This document shows positions 27,055 to 42,398 of a stretch of 64,000 nt of DNA, piece after piece. Origin of the DNA: Escherichia coli. Its GTDB lineage: Bacteria; Pseudomonadota; Gammaproteobacteria; Enterobacterales; Enterobacteriaceae. Position 1 is the stretch's first letter; every line of letters starts with the position of its first letter. The position numbers and the translations under genes are program-made. The notes under the pieces were generated by a model that ran no database searches, was not told the origin of the DNA, and saw only the letters and a list, made by a program, of their open reading frames with translations. The stretch lies in assembly GCF_003334765.1 (NCBI RefSeq), contig NZ_QOWT01000001.1, one strand, 5' to 3'.

Positions 27055-27938
27055 GTGCTTATCTTATTAGGTTACCTGGTTGTTCTCGGTACAGTTTTCG
27101 GCGGTTATTTGATGACCGGTGGAAGCCTTGGAGCACTCTATCAACCCGCTGAACTGGTGATTATTGCCGGTGCAGGGATTGGGTCGTTTATCGTCGGCAA
27201 TAATGGCAAAGCGATTAAAGGCACGCTGAAAGCGCTGCCGTTGCTGTTTCGTCGCTCCAAATACACCAAAGCAATGTATATGGATCTGCTGGCTCTGCTT
27301 TATCGGTTGATGGCGAAATCGCGGCAGATGGGGATGTTTTCGCTGGAACGTGATATTGAAAATCCCCGTGAGAGCGAGATCTTCGCCAGCTACCCACGCA
27401 TCCTCGCGGATAGCGTCATGCTTGATTTTATCGTCGATTATCTGCGCCTGATTATCAGCGGTCACATGAACACCTTCGAAATCGAAGCCCTGATGGATGA
27501 AGAGATTGAGACGCACGAAAGCGAGGCAGAAGTCCCGGCGAACAGTCTGGCGCTGGTCGGGGACTCACTTCCGGCGTTTGGTATTGTCGCGGCTGTAATG
27601 GGGGTCGTTCACGCGTTAGGTTCAGCCGATCGTCCTGCCGCCGAGCTGGGGGCGCTTATCGCACATGCGATGGTGGGGACTTTCCTCGGTATTTTATTGG
27701 CTTACGGATTTATTTCCCCACTAGCGAGTGTTTTACGTCAGAAAAGCGCCGAAACCAGCAAAATGATGCAGTGCGTCAAAGTCACTCTGCTTTCTAATCT
27801 GAACGGTTACGCACCGCCTATCGCCGTTGAGTTTGGTCGCAAAACGCTCTATTCCAGCGAACGTCCGTCGTTTATTGAACTGGAAGAGCATGTGCGTGCG
27901 GTGAAAAATCCGCAACAACAGACGACAACCGAGGAAGC

Positions 27939-27942
<4 letters not shown>
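27055..27942 (+). CDS. motA: Flagellar motor stator protein MotA
   Basis: 295 aa, GTG start; 4 TM helices. Confidence 0.95.
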
Positions 27943-30834
<2,892 letters not shown>

Positions 30835-30854
30835 ATGAGTAAAAAGGTAACAAT

Positions 30855-31358
30855 ATGACCGGTATGACGAATGTAACAAAGCTGGCCAGCGAGCCGTCAG
30901 GCCAGGAATTTCTGGTATTTACCCTTGGTGATGAAGAGTACGGTATTGATATCCTGAAAGTGCAGGAGATCCGTGGCTACGATCAGGTAACACGGATTGC
31001 GAACACGCCAGCGTTTATCAAAGGCGTCACGAATCTGCGCGGCGTTATTGTGCCGATTGTTGACTTACGAATTAAGTTCAGCCAGGTGGATGTGGACTAT
31101 AACGACAACACGGTAGTTATCGTCCTGAATCTCGGACAGCGGGTGGTCGGCATCGTGGTTGACGGCGTCTCAGACGTGCTTTCATTGACGGCGGAGCAAA
31201 TTCGTCCGGCACCGGAATTTGCCGTGACGCTTTCAACAGAATATCTCACTGGACTGGGCGCACTGGGCGACCGGATGTTGATTCTGGTGAACATCGAAAA
31301 ACTGCTGAACAGCGAAGAGATGGCGCTGTTAGATAGCGCGGCGTCAGAAGTGGCGTAA
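30855..31358 (+). CDS. cheW: Chemotaxis coupling protein CheW
   Basis: 167 aa [34 protein letters not shown]... Confidence 0.95.
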
Positions 31359-31384
31359 TTCTCCCGATTTCCTCAATTGAAATG

Positions 31385-31414
31385 AACCCGATGATCTGCG
31401 CATCGGGTTTTTTA
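31385..31414 (+). terminator. Rho-independent terminator after cheW
   Basis: AACCCGATG-ATCTGCG-CATCGGGTT followed by TTTTT. Confidence 0.75.
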
Positions 31415-31444
31415 TTTCAATTTCGCGGCGGGTGGCATCAGCAA

Positions 31445-31471
31445 TAAAGTTTCCCCCCTCCTTGCCGATAA
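31445..31471 (+). promoter_or_regulatory. sigma-28 promoter of the tar-tap-cheRBYZ operon
   Basis: TAAAGTTT-N11-GCCGATAA, a perfect consensus. Confidence 0.75.
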
Positions 31472-31502
31472 CGAGATCAACTTGTTTTCAGGAAGGTGCC
31501 TT

Positions 31503-33164
31503 ATGATTAACCGTATCCGCGTAGTCACGCTGTTGGTAATGGTGCTGGGGGTATTCGCACTGTTACAGCTTATTTCCGGCAGTCTGTTTTTTTCTTCCCT
31601 TCACCATAGCCAGAAGAGCTTTGTGGTTTCCAATCAATTACGGGAACAGCAGGGCGAGCTGACGTCAACCTGGGATTTAATGCTGCAAACGCGCATTAAC
31701 CTGAGTCGTTCAGCGGTACGGATGATGATGGATTCCTCCAATCAACAAAGTAACGCCAAAGTTGAATTGCTCGATAGCGCCAGGAAAACATTGGCGCAGG
31801 CAGCGACGCATTATAAAAAATTCAAAAGCATGGCACCGTTACCTGAAATGGTCGCTACCAGTCGTAATATTGATGAAAAATATAAAAACTATTACACAGC
31901 GTTAACTGAACTGATTGATTATCTAGATTATGGCAATACTGGAGCTTATTTCGCTCAGCCAACCCAGGGAATGCAAAATGCAATGGGCGAAGCGTTTGCT
32001 CAGTACGCCCTCAGCAGTGAAAAACTGTATCGCGATATCGTCACTGACAACGCAGATGATTACCGATTTGCCCAGTGGCAACTGGCGGTTATCGCGCTGG
32101 TGGTGGTATTGATTCTGCTGGTGGCGTGGTACGGCATTCGCCGTATGTTGCTTACTCCGCTGGCAAAAATTATTGCTCACATTCGCGAAATCGCCGGTGG
32201 TAACCTGGCGAATACCCTGACCATTGACGGGCGCAGTGAAATGGGCGACCTGGCGCAGAGCGTTTCACATATGCAACGCTCTTTGACTGACACCGTCACT
32301 CATGTCCGCGAAGGTTCAGATGCCATCTATGCCGGTACCCGTGAAATTGCGGCGGGCAACACCGATCTTTCCTCCCGTACTGAACAGCAGGCATCCGCGC
32401 TGGAAGAAACTGCCGCCAGCATGGAGCAGCTCACCGCGACAGTGAAGCAAAACGCCGATAACGCCCGCCAGGCCTCGCAACTGGCGCAAAGTGCCTCCGA
32501 CACCGCCCAGCACGGCGGCAAAGTGGTGGATGGCGTAGTGAAAACGATGCATGAGATCGCCGATAGTTCGAAGAAAATTGCCGACATTATCAGCGTTATC
32601 GACGGTATTGCCTTCCAGACTAATATCCTCGCGCTGAATGCCGCGGTTGAAGCCGCGCGTGCGGGTGAACAGGGCCGTGGTTTTGCCGTGGTGGCGGGTG
32701 AAGTGCGTAATCTTGCCAGTCGCAGCGCCCAGGCGGCAAAAGAGATCAAAGCCCTCATTGAAGACTCCGTCTCACGCGTTGATACCGGTTCGGTGCTGGT
32801 CGAAAGCGCCGGGGAAACAATGAACAATATCGTCAATGCTGTCACTCGCGTGACTGACATTATGGGCGAGATTGCATCGGCATCGGATGAACAGAGCCGT
32901 GGCATCGATCAAGTCGCATTGGCGGTTTCGGAAATGGATCGCGTCACGCAACAGAACGCATCGCTGGTGCAGGAATCAGCTGCCGCCGCCGCTGCGCTGG
33001 AAGAACAGGCGAGTCGTTTAACGCAAGCGGTTTCCGCGTTCCGTCTGGCAGCCAGCCCACTCACCAATAAACCGCAAACACCATCCCGTCCTGCCAGTGA
33101 GCAACCACCGGCACAGCCACGACTGCGAATTGCTGAACAAGATCCAAACTGGGAAACATTTTGA
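31503..33164 (+). CDS. tar: Methyl-accepting chemotaxis protein II (aspartate/maltose receptor)
   Basis: 553 aa from [17 protein letters not shown]; HAMP and MCP signalling domain; C-terminal NWETF pentapeptide. Confidence 0.95.
   Translation: MINRIRVVTLLVMVLGVFALLQLISGSLFFSSLHHSQKSFVVSNQLREQQGELTSTWDLMLQTRINLSRSAVRMMMDSSNQQSNAKVELLDSARKTLAQAATHYKKFKSMAPLPEMVATSRNIDEKYKNYYTALTELIDYLDYGNTGAYFAQPTQGMQNAMGEAFAQYALSSEKLYRDIVTDNADDYRFAQWQLAVIALVVVLILLVAWYGIRRMLLTPLAKIIAHIREIAGGNLANTLTIDGRSEMGDLAQSVSHMQRSLTDTVTHVREGSDAIYAGTREIAAGNTDLSSRTEQQASALEETAASMEQLTATVKQNADNARQASQLAQSASDTAQHGGKVVDGVVKTMHEIADSSKKIADIISVIDGIAFQTNILALNAAVEAARAGEQGRGFAVVAGEVRNLASRSAQAAKEIKALIEDSVSRVDTGSVLVESAGETMNNIVNAVTRVTDIMGEIASASDEQSRGIDQVALAVSEMDRVTQQNASLVQESAAAAAALEEQASRLTQAVSAFRLAASPLTNKPQTPSRPASEQPPAQPRLRIAEQDPNWETF
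32310..33000 (+). repeat. Tandem paralog repeat, copy 1 (tar signalling domain); copy 2 at ~34011-34701 in tap
   Basis: Long near-identical stretches between tar and tap (e.g. ATTATCAGCGTTATCGACGG, GCAAAAGAGATCAAAG); antisense ORFs 32327-32905 and 34241-34561 share the same peptide run. Confidence 0.7.
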
Positions 33165-33209
33165 CGAGTATTTACTAACGCGGTCATTGCCGCCTGATGG
33201 GGAGCGTTG

Positions 33210-34811
33210 ATGTTTAATCGTATTCGAATTTCGACCACGCTGTTTTTAATTTTGATTCTCTGCGGGATCTTGCAGATTGGCAGTAACGGCATGTCTTTTT
33301 GGGCATTTCGCGACGATTTGCAACGACTGAATCAGGTCGAGCAGAGCAATCAGCAACGTGCGGCATTAGCGCAAACTCGGGCGGTAATGTTACAGGCCAG
33401 TACCGCGCTGAACAAAGCGGGCACTCTGACGGCACTTAGCTATCCGGCGGATGACATTAAAACGTTGATGACGACGGCGCGCGCCAGTCTGACGCAATCC
33501 ACCACGCTGTTTAAAAGTTTTATGGCGATGACTGCGGGCAACGAGCACGTCAGGGGATTGCAAAAAGAGACGGAGAAAAGTTTTGCCCGCTGGCACAACG
33601 ATCTCGAACATCAGGCGACCTGGCTTGAAAGTAATCAACTTTCGGATTTCCTCACTGCGCCGGTGCAGGGATCACAGAATGCGTTTGACGTTAACTTTGA
33701 GGCCTGGCAGCTGGAGATCAACCATGTGCTGGAAGCCGCCAGTGCGCAAAGCCAGCGTAACTATCAGATTTCGGCACTGGTGTTTATCAGCATGATTATT
33801 GTTGCGGCGATCTACATCAGCAGTGCGCTGTGGTGGACGCGCAAGATGATTGTTCAACCACTGGCCATTATCGGTAGCCATTTTGACAGCATTGCTGCGG
33901 GTAATCTGGCGCGTCCGATTGCGGTATATGGTCGTAATGAGATCACCGCCATTTTTGCCAGTCTGAAGACCATGCAGCAGGCTTTGCGTGGGACGGTAAG
34001 TGATGTGCGTAAGGGAAGCCAGGAGATGCACATTGGTATCGCGGAGATTGTCGCAGGCAATAACGATCTCTCAAGTCGTACCGAACAGCAGGCGGCATCG
34101 CTGGCACAAACGGCCGCCAGTATGGAGCAATTAACCGCCACGGTAGGGCAAAACGCCGATAACGCACGACAGGCGTCGGAACTGGCAAAAAATGCCGCGA
34201 CAACGGCGCAGGCGGGCGGTGTTCAGGTCAGTACCATGACTCACACCATGCAGGAGATCGCCACCAGCTCGCAAAAAATTGGCGACATTATCAGCGTTAT
34301 CGACGGAATTGCTTTCCAGACCAATATTCTGGCCCTGAATGCGGCAGTGGAAGCGGCTCGCGCCGGAGAGCAGGGGCGTGGTTTTGCGGTAGTGGCAGGT
34401 GAAGTGCGCAATCTTGCCAGCCGTAGCGCGCAGGCAGCAAAAGAGATCAAAGGGCTGATCGAAGAGTCAGTCAATCGTGTCCAGCAGGGTTCGAAACTGG
34501 TGAATAACGCCGCCGCGACCATGATCGATATTGTCAGTTCGGTGACCCGCGTGAACGACATTATGGGAGAAATTGCCTCTGCGTCGGAAGAACAACAGCG
34601 GGGGATTGAGCAGGTTGCACAGGCTGTCAGCCAGATGGATCAGGTGACTCAGCAGAACGCCTCGCTGGTAGAAGAAGCGGCGGTGGCAACGGAACAACTG
34701 GCGAATCAGGCCGACCATCTTTCGTCGCGTGTGGCGGTATTTACCCTTGAAGAACATGAAGTAGCACGACATGAGTCGGTGCAGTTACAAATTGCGCCAG
34801 TGGTATCCTGA
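33210..34811 (+). CDS. tap: Methyl-accepting chemotaxis protein IV (dipeptide/pyrimidine receptor)
   Basis: 533 aa from MFNRIRISTTLFLILILCG; MCP signalling domain; lacks NWETF. Confidence 0.93.
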   Translation: MFNRIRISTTLFLILILCGILQIGSNGMSFWAFRDDLQRLNQVEQSNQQRAALAQTRAVMLQASTALNKAGTLTALSYPADDIKTLMTTARASLTQSTTLFKSFMAMTAGNEHVRGLQKETEKSFARWHNDLEHQATWLESNQLSDFLTAPVQGSQNAFDVNFEAWQLEINHVLEAASAQSQRNYQISALVFISMIIVAAIYISSALWWTRKMIVQPLAIIGSHFDSIAAGNLARPIAVYGRNEITAIFASLKTMQQALRGTVSDVRKGSQEMHIGIAEIVAGNNDLSSRTEQQAASLAQTAASMEQLTATVGQNADNARQASELAKNAATTAQAGGVQVSTMTHTMQEIATSSQKIGDIISVIDGIAFQTNILALNAAVEAARAGEQGRGFAVVAGEVRNLASRSAQAAKEIKGLIEESVNRVQQGSKLVNNAAATMIDIVSSVTRVNDIMGEIASASEEQQRGIEQVAQAVSQMDQVTQQNASLVEEAAVATEQLANQADHLSSRVAVFTLEEHEVARHESVQLQIAPVVS

Positions 34812-34829
34812 AGTGATTGAGAAGGCGCT

Positions 34830-35690
34830 ATGACTTCATCTCTGCCCTGTGGGCAAACGTCTTTATTGTTACAGATGACCGAGCGCCTGGCGCTTTCCGA
34901 CGCGCATTTTCGGCGGATAAGTCAATTGATCTATCAACGAGCCGGGATCGTTCTGGCTGACCATAAACGCGACATGGTTTACAACCGACTGGTTCGTCGT
35001 TTGCGTTCGCTGGGACTGACGGATTTCGGTCATTATCTGAACTTGCTGGAATCTAATCAGCACAGCGGTGAGTGGCAGGCGTTTATCAATTCGCTGACCA
35101 CGAATCTGACGGCATTTTTCCGTGAGGCACATCATTTCCCTCTGCTCGCGGATCACGCACGTCGCCGTTCTGGCGAGTATCGCGTATGGAGCGCGGCGGC
35201 TTCGACCGGCGAAGAGCCGTACAGCATTGCGATGACGCTGGCTGACACATTGGGCACCGCGCCCGGACGCTGGAAAGTGTTTGCCAGTGATATCGACACC
35301 GAAGTGCTGGAAAAAGCCAGAAGCGGTATCTATCGCCATGAAGAGTTGAAAAACCTGACGCCGCAGCAACTGCAACGGTATTTCATGCGAGGGACGGGGC
35401 CGCATGAAGGGCTGGTACGCGTGCGTCAGGAGCTGGCGAACTATGTTGATTTTGCCCCGCTGAATCTACTGGCGAAACAGTACACCGTGCCGGGGCCGTT
35501 TGATGCGATCTTCTGTCGTAACGTCATGATCTACTTCGATCAAACTACCCAGCAGGAGATTTTGCGCCGCTTTGTTCCGCTCCTTAAACCCGACGGATTG
35601 CTGTTTGCGGGTCACTCTGAAAACTTTAGCCACCTTGAGCGCCGCTTCACGCTGCGTGGTCAGACGGTGTATGCGCTAAGTAAGGATTAA
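34830..35690 (+). CDS. cheR: Chemotaxis protein methyltransferase CheR
   Basis: 286 aa; SAM-dependent MTase motif [17 protein letters not shown]. Confidence 0.95.
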   Translation: MTSSLPCGQTSLLLQMTERLALSDAHFRRISQLIYQRAGIVLADHKRDMVYNRLVRRLRSLGLTDFGHYLNLLESNQHSGEWQAFINSLTTNLTAFFREAHHFPLLADHARRRSGEYRVWSAAASTGEEPYSIAMTLADTLGTAPGRWKVFASDIDTEVLEKARSGIYRHEELKNLTPQQLQRYFMRGTGPHEGLVRVRQELANYVDFAPLNLLAKQYTVPGPFDAIFCRNVMIYFDQTTQQEILRRFVPLLKPDGLLFAGHSENFSHLERRFTLRGQTVYALSKD

Positions 35691-35692
35691 CG

Positions 35693-37146
<1,454 letters not shown>

Positions 37147-37156
37147 GGATGCGACT

Positions 37157-37801
37157 ATGATGCAACCATCAATCAAACCTGCTGACGAGCATTCAGCTGG
37201 CGATATCATTGCGCGCATCGGCAGCCTGACGCGTATGCTGCGCGACAGTTTGCGGGAACTGGGGCTGGATCAGGCCATTGCCGAAGCGGCGGAAGCCATC
37301 CCCGATGCGCGCGATCGTTTGTACTATGTTGTGCAGATGACCGCCCAGGCTGCGGAGCGGGCGCTGAACAGTGTTGAGGCGTCACAACCGCATCAGGATC
37401 AAATGGAGAAATCAGCAAAAGCGTTAACCCAACGTTGGGATGACTGGTTTGCCGATCCGATTGACCTTGCCGACGCCCGTGAACTGGTAACAGATACACG
37501 ACAATTTCTGGCAGATGTACCCGCGCATACCAGCTTTACTAACGCGCAACTGCTGGAAATCATGATGGCGCAGGATTTTCAGGATCTCACCGGGCAGGTC
37601 ATTAAGCGGATGATGGATGTCATTCAGGAGATCGAACGCCAGTTGCTGATGGTGCTGTTGGAAAACATCCCGGAACAGGAGTCGCGTCCAAAACGTGAAA
37701 ACCAGAGTTTGCTTAATGGACCTCAGGTCGATACCAGCAAAGCCGGTGTGGTAGCCAGTCAGGATCAGGTGGACGATTTGTTGGATAGTCTTGGATTTTG
37801 A
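37157..37801 (+). CDS. cheZ: CheY-P phosphatase CheZ
   Basis: 214 aa from [32 protein letters not shown]. Confidence 0.95.
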
Positions 37802-37809
37802 TTTGTATT

Positions 37810-37877
37810 GCCTGATGTGGCGTGACCACGTCATATCAGGCGGTCTGATAAGGCGATGACGCCGCATCCGACAAACG
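37810..37877. repeat. REP/BIME palindromic elements between cheZ and flhB
   Basis: GCCTGATGTGGCGTGACCACGTCATATCAGGC and ...GATAAGGCGATGACGCCGCATCCGACA match REP consensus. Confidence 0.6.
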
Positions 37878-38002
37878 CACACTATGCTTGATGTGTGGCA
37901 GCAAAAGCCCTAAATCCCGCCTGTTTTGCCCCTTACTCAAACCATTGAACGCTTTGCGCTCTGGCATCATTCACGCTTAATACTCTTTCCAGGATTGGCG
38001 AC

Positions 38003-39151
38003 GTGTCTGACGAGAGCGACGACAAAACAGAAGCCCCCACACCTCACCGACTAGAAAAAGCGCGGGAAGAGGGGCAAATCCCGCGTTCCCGTGAACTGAC
38101 CTCACTGCTGATTTTGCTGGTGGGCGTTAGTGTTATCTGGTTTGGCGGTGTGTCGCTGGCCCGTCGATTGTCGGGCATGCTCTCCGCTGGGCTGCATTTT
38201 GATCACAGTATTATCAATGACCCGAATCTGATCCTCGGGCAGATTATTCTGCTGATCAGAGAAGCCATGCTGGCGCTGCTGCCGCTGATTAGCGGCGTGG
38301 TGCTGGTGGCGCTCATTTCTCCGGTCATGCTGGGAGGGCTGGTATTTAGCGGCAAATCCTTGCAGCCGAAGTGTTCCAAACTCAACCCGCTACCGGGCAT
38401 TAAACGGATGTTCTCGGCTCAGACTGGCGCGGAGTTGCTTAAAGCAATTTTGAAAACCATCCTGGTTGGCAGCGTGACGGGGTTTTTTCTCTGGCATCAC
38501 TGGCCGCAGATGATGCGCTTGATGGCCGAGTCTCCGATTACCGCCATGGGTAATGCGATGGATTTGGTAGGGCTATGCGCACTGCTGGTGGTGCTTGGTG
38601 TCATTCCAATGGTGGGATTTGACGTCTTTTTCCAAATATTCAGCCACCTGAAAAAGCTGCGTATGTCACGGCAGGATATTCGTGATGAGTTCAAACAAAG
38701 CGAAGGTGACCCTCATGTTAAAGGGCGGATCCGTCAGATGCAGCGAGCTGCTGCACGGCGTCGGATGATGGCCGATGTGCCGAAAGCGGATGTCATTGTC
38801 AATAACCCGACCCACTATTCGGTAGCGTTGCAGTATGACGAAAACAAAATGAGCGCACCGAAAGTGGTCGCTAAAGGTGCAGGGCTGGTCGCGCTGCGCA
38901 TTCGTGAAATTGGCGCTGAAAATAACGTCCCGACGCTTGAAGCGCCGCCGCTGGCGCGAGCGCTGTATCGACATGCGGAGATTGGTCAACAAATCCCGGG
39001 TCAACTGTACGCCGCGGTGGCGGAAGTGCTGGCCTGGGTCTGGCAACTGAAACGCTGGCGTCTGGCTGGTGGACAGCGCCCTGTACAACCTACTCATCTT
39101 CCGGTGCCGGAAGCCCTGGATTTTATTAACGAGAAACCGACCCATGAGTAA
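38003..39151 (+). CDS. flhB: Flagellar export switch protein FlhB
   Basis: 382 aa, GTG start; NPTH autocleavage motif (VIVNNPTHYSVAL). Confidence 0.95.
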   Translation: MSDESDDKTEAPTPHRLEKAREEGQIPRSRELTSLLILLVGVSVIWFGGVSLARRLSGMLSAGLHFDHSIINDPNLILGQIILLIREAMLALLPLISGVVLVALISPVMLGGLVFSGKSLQPKCSKLNPLPGIKRMFSAQTGAELLKAILKTILVGSVTGFFLWHHWPQMMRLMAESPITAMGNAMDLVGLCALLVVLGVIPMVGFDVFFQIFSHLKKLRMSRQDIRDEFKQSEGDPHVKGRIRQMQRAAARRRMMADVPKADVIVNNPTHYSVALQYDENKMSAPKVVAKGAGLVALRIREIGAENNVPTLEAPPLARALYRHAEIGQQIPGQLYAAVAEVLAWVWQLKRWRLAGGQRPVQPTHLPVPEALDFINEKPTHE

Positions 39152-41222
39152 TCTGGCCGCGATGCTGCGCCTGCCCGCAAACCTGAAATCGACACAATGG
39201 CAGATCCTTGCCGGACCGATTTTGATCCTGTTGATCTTGTCGATGATGGTGCTGCCACTGCCCGCATTCATACTCGACCTGTTGTTTACCTTCAATATTG
39301 CCTTGTCGATCATGGTGTTGCTGGTGGCGATGTTTACCCAGCGCACGCTTGAGTTTGCTGCGTTTCCGACCATTCTGTTGTTTACCACGCTGTTGCGTCT
39401 GGCACTTAACGTGGCTTCAACCCGTATCATTTTAATGGAAGGGCATACCGGCGCGGCGGCGGCAGGGAAGGTGGTCGAAGCGTTCGGTCACTTCCTCGTT
39501 GGTGGCAATTTCGCTATCGGTATCGTGGTGTTTGTCATTCTCGTGATCATCAACTTTATGGTCATTACCAAAGGTGCCGGGCGTATCGCAGAAGTGGGTG
39601 CGCGCTTTGTTCTCGATGGTATGCCGGGTAAGCAGATGGCGATTGACGCCGACCTTAACGCCGGATTGATTGGTGAAGATGAGGCGAAAAAACGCCGCTC
39701 CGAAGTGACTCAGGAAGCCGATTTTTACGGCTCAATGGACGGGGCAAGTAAGTTTGTTCGCGGCGATGCCATCGCCGGGATCCTCATCATGGTCATTAAC
39801 ATTGTCGGCGGGTTGCTGGTCGGCGTGCTGCAACATGGCATGAGCATGGGACACGCGGCGGAAAGTTATACGCTATTGACCATTGGCGACGGTCTGGTGG
39901 CACAAATTCCGGCGCTGGTGATTTCTACCGCCGCGGGGGTCATCGTTACGCGTGTCAGCACCGATCAGGATGTTGGCGAGCAGATGGTGAATCAGCTTTT
40001 CAGTAACCCAAGCGTTATGTTGTTAAGCGCCGCCGTGCTCGGTTTACTCGGCCTGGTGCCTGGAATGCCGAACCTGGTATTTTTGCTGTTCACTGCCGGA
40101 TTGCTCGGGCTGGCCTGGTGGATACGCGGACGCGAACAAAAAGCGCCTGCCGAACCCAAACCGGTAAAAATGGCAGAGAATAATACCGTTGTCGAAGCGA
40201 CGTGGAACGATGTACAACTGGAAGATTCTCTGGGAATGGAAGTGGGTTATCGACTGATCCCGATGGTCGATTTCCAGCAGGATGGTGAGTTGTTGGGCCG
40301 TATACGCAGTATCCGCAAGAAATTTGCCCAGGAGATGGGATTTCTGCCGCCAGTGGTGCACATTCGCGACAATATGGATCTGCAACCTGCCCGCTATCGC
40401 ATTTTGATGAAAGGCGTGGAGATTGGCAGTGGTGATGCTTATCCGGGGCGCTGGCTGGCGATTAACCCTGGAACCGCTGCTGGGACGTTACCTGGTGAGG
40501 CGACCGTCGATCCGGCATTTGGCCTGAATGCTATCTGGATTGAAAGTGCGCTAAAAGAACAGGCGCAGATTCAGGGGTACACAGTGGTTGAGGCCAGCAC
40601 GGTGGTAGCAACGCATCTTAACCACCTCATTAGCCAGCATGCCGCAGAGCTGTTTGGTCGTCAGGAGGCGCAACAGCTGTTGGATCGCGTCGCCCAGGAG
40701 ATGCCAAAGCTGACGGAAGATCTCGTTCCTGGCGTCGTCACGCTCACCACACTGCATAAAGTGCTGCAAAATCTCCTCGATGAAAAAGTACCGATTCGCG
40801 ATATGCGCACCATTCTCGAAACGCTGGCGGAACATGCGCCCATCCAAAGCGATCCACATGAATTAACCGCCGTCGTGCGCGTGGCGTTGGGACGGGCGAT
40901 TACCCAGCAGTGGTTTCCTAGCAAAGATGAAGTCCATGTTATTGGCCTCGATACACCGCTGGAACGTTTGTTACTACAGGCGCTGCAGGGCGGGGGAGGA
41001 CTGGAGCCAGGGCTGGCGGATCGTTTACTGGCGCAAACTCAGGAAGCGCTATCCCGTCAGGAGATGCTGGGTGCGCCGCCAGTATTGTTGGTGAACCACG
41101 CGCTGCGACCATTATTGTCTCGCTTCCTGCGCCGCAGCTTGCCGCAGTTAGTGGTCCTGTCGAATCTGGAACTGTCTGATAACCGACATATCCGCATGAC
41201 GGCGACAATTGGCGGCAAATAA
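39144..41222 (+). CDS. flhA: Flagellar export gate protein FlhA
   Basis: 692 aa from MSNLAAMLRLPANLKSTQWQILAGPILIL; overlaps flhB end by 8 nt. Confidence 0.95.
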   Translation: MSNLAAMLRLPANLKSTQWQILAGPILILLILSMMVLPLPAFILDLLFTFNIALSIMVLLVAMFTQRTLEFAAFPTILLFTTLLRLALNVASTRIILMEGHTGAAAAGKVVEAFGHFLVGGNFAIGIVVFVILVIINFMVITKGAGRIAEVGARFVLDGMPGKQMAIDADLNAGLIGEDEAKKRRSEVTQEADFYGSMDGASKFVRGDAIAGILIMVINIVGGLLVGVLQHGMSMGHAAESYTLLTIGDGLVAQIPALVISTAAGVIVTRVSTDQDVGEQMVNQLFSNPSVMLLSAAVLGLLGLVPGMPNLVFLLFTAGLLGLAWWIRGREQKAPAEPKPVKMAENNTVVEATWNDVQLEDSLGMEVGYRLIPMVDFQQDGELLGRIRSIRKKFAQEMGFLPPVVHIRDNMDLQPARYRILMKGVEIGSGDAYPGRWLAINPGTAAGTLPGEATVDPAFGLNAIWIESALKEQAQIQGYTVVEASTVVATHLNHLISQHAAELFGRQEAQQLLDRVAQEMPKLTEDLVPGVVTLTTLHKVLQNLLDEKVPIRDMRTILETLAEHAPIQSDPHELTAVVRVALGRAITQQWFPSKDEVHVIGLDTPLERLLLQALQGGGGLEPGLADRLLAQTQEALSRQEMLGAPPVLLVNHALRPLLSRFLRRSLPQLVVLSNLELSDNRHIRMTATIGGK

Positions 41223-41614
41223 TGAGAACCTTATTAGCAATATTATTGTTTCCGCTGCTGGTGCAAGCCGCCGGGGAGGGGATGTGGCAGGCAAGTAGTG
41301 TAGGAATTACGCTAAATCATCGCGGTGAGTCGATGTCGTCTGCGCCTCTTTCTACGCGACAACCTGCTTCAGGATTGATGACGCTGGTAGCGTGGCGTTA
41401 TCAGCTTATCGGCCCGACACCTTCAGGACTGCGGGTTCGCTTGTGTTCGCAATCTCGTTGTGTCGAATTAGAGGGGCAGAGCGGAACCACCGTGGCCTTT
41501 TCCGGTATAGCGGCAGCAGAACCGTTGCGATTTATCTGGGAAGTGCCAGGCGGTGGGCGGTTAATTCCACCGCTAAAGGTACAACGTAATGAAGTGATTG
41601 TGAATTATCGCTGA
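41222..41614 (+). CDS. flhE: Flagellar protein FlhE
   Basis: 130 aa with signal peptide; ATG overlaps flhA TAA (TAATG). Confidence 0.9.
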   Translation: MRTLLAILLFPLLVQAAGEGMWQASSVGITLNHRGESMSSAPLSTRQPASGLMTLVAWRYQLIGPTPSGLRVRLCSQSRCVELEGQSGTTVAFSGIAAAEPLRFIWEVPGGGRLIPPLKVQRNEVIVNYR

Positions 41615-41676
41615 AGGACAAAAAAATTACGCGCTCGCGAGTATGTTTAATAACTCAGTGAAAAAGGCTCGATGTC

Positions 41677-41712
41677 TTGTTGCAATTATTTATCAGGAAT
41701 AGCTTGCAACAA
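41677..41712. terminator. Hairpin between convergent flhE and yecT
   Basis: TTGTTGCAA...TTGCAACAA 9-bp arms with ~18-nt loop; no T-run. Confidence 0.3.
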
Positions 41713-41733
41713 AACATGCCAAAAAGATGTGAA

Positions 41734-42243
41734 TTATCCTCTTGTCAAAGGGCTTGGATAAAAATCTTCAGAGTTACGGTATAGCTGCAACTGGCGAGTT
41801 CGCGTATTGGTCTGTATGATCATACATGAGAGCCATTCTGATTCAGAATAAGGGTCACTTAAATCCTGAACGTCCTCATTTGAAAGGATTAATTCACATT
41901 CTTTGTCCCTAAAATCCAGCCAGGCTCGCTGTGATTTTTTAAGCAAGTTAAGTTGTTCGGTATCAGGTTTTTTTACACCTGTGCGTGGCACTTGTTCTAT
42001 ATAACGATAAGCTTCACCATAGGCTTTATTTAATTGCGCATCGACGAGATTGTATTCTTGTCGCAGGCATGATTTGATCACGTTAACGTCAGTATCATCA
42101 TCTGAATTTTTTTGCCAACAATCTTTGATGGCTGAAATGTCATGGTCGTTTACTATAACCGTATCTTCTGCGTAAGCCTGGCAAGAGATAATGCCTAATG
42201 TTAATACAAGAAATTTAAACACTGCGGTATTCCTTAAATTCAA
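41734..42243 (-). CDS. yecT: Uncharacterized periplasmic protein YecT (DUF1311, lysozyme-inhibitor LprI-like)
   Basis: 169 aa ORF with signal peptide MNLRNTAVFKFLVLTLGIISCQAYA; exact annotated start uncertain. Confidence 0.8.
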   Translation of the reverse strand: MNLRNTAVFKFLVLTLGIISCQAYAEDTVIVNDHDISAIKDCWQKNSDDDTDVNVIKSCLRQEYNLVDAQLNKAYGEAYRYIEQVPRTGVKKPDTEQLNLLKKSQRAWLDFRDKECELILSNEDVQDLSDPYSESEWLSCMIIQTNTRTRQLQLYRNSEDFYPSPLTRG

Positions 42244-42344
42244 CCGTTATCGTTTCCCTGGGGCCGGATATTACGCTTCTGGCCTCTTATCCAACAGTGA
42301 GAAAACAATGGCATGTCCATTTTCAGAATACATTTAGATGGCAA

Positions 42345-42380
42345 TAAAAAAGCCTGATCGGCTAACCCTGATCAGGCTTC
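42345..42380 (-). terminator. Rho-independent terminator of argS
   Basis: Minus strand: GAAGCCTGATCAGGGTTAGCCGATCAGGCTTTTTT. Confidence 0.7.
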
Positions 42381-42398
42381 ACTCTCACGAAAAATCGA

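Noticed and set aside
32327-32905. 192-aa and 106-aa antisense ORFs inside tar and tap (also 34241-34561)
   Set aside because: Their similarity to each other reflects the tar/tap paralog repeat, not an independent gene family; low-complexity A/S/R-rich translation typical of a GC-rich antisense frame.
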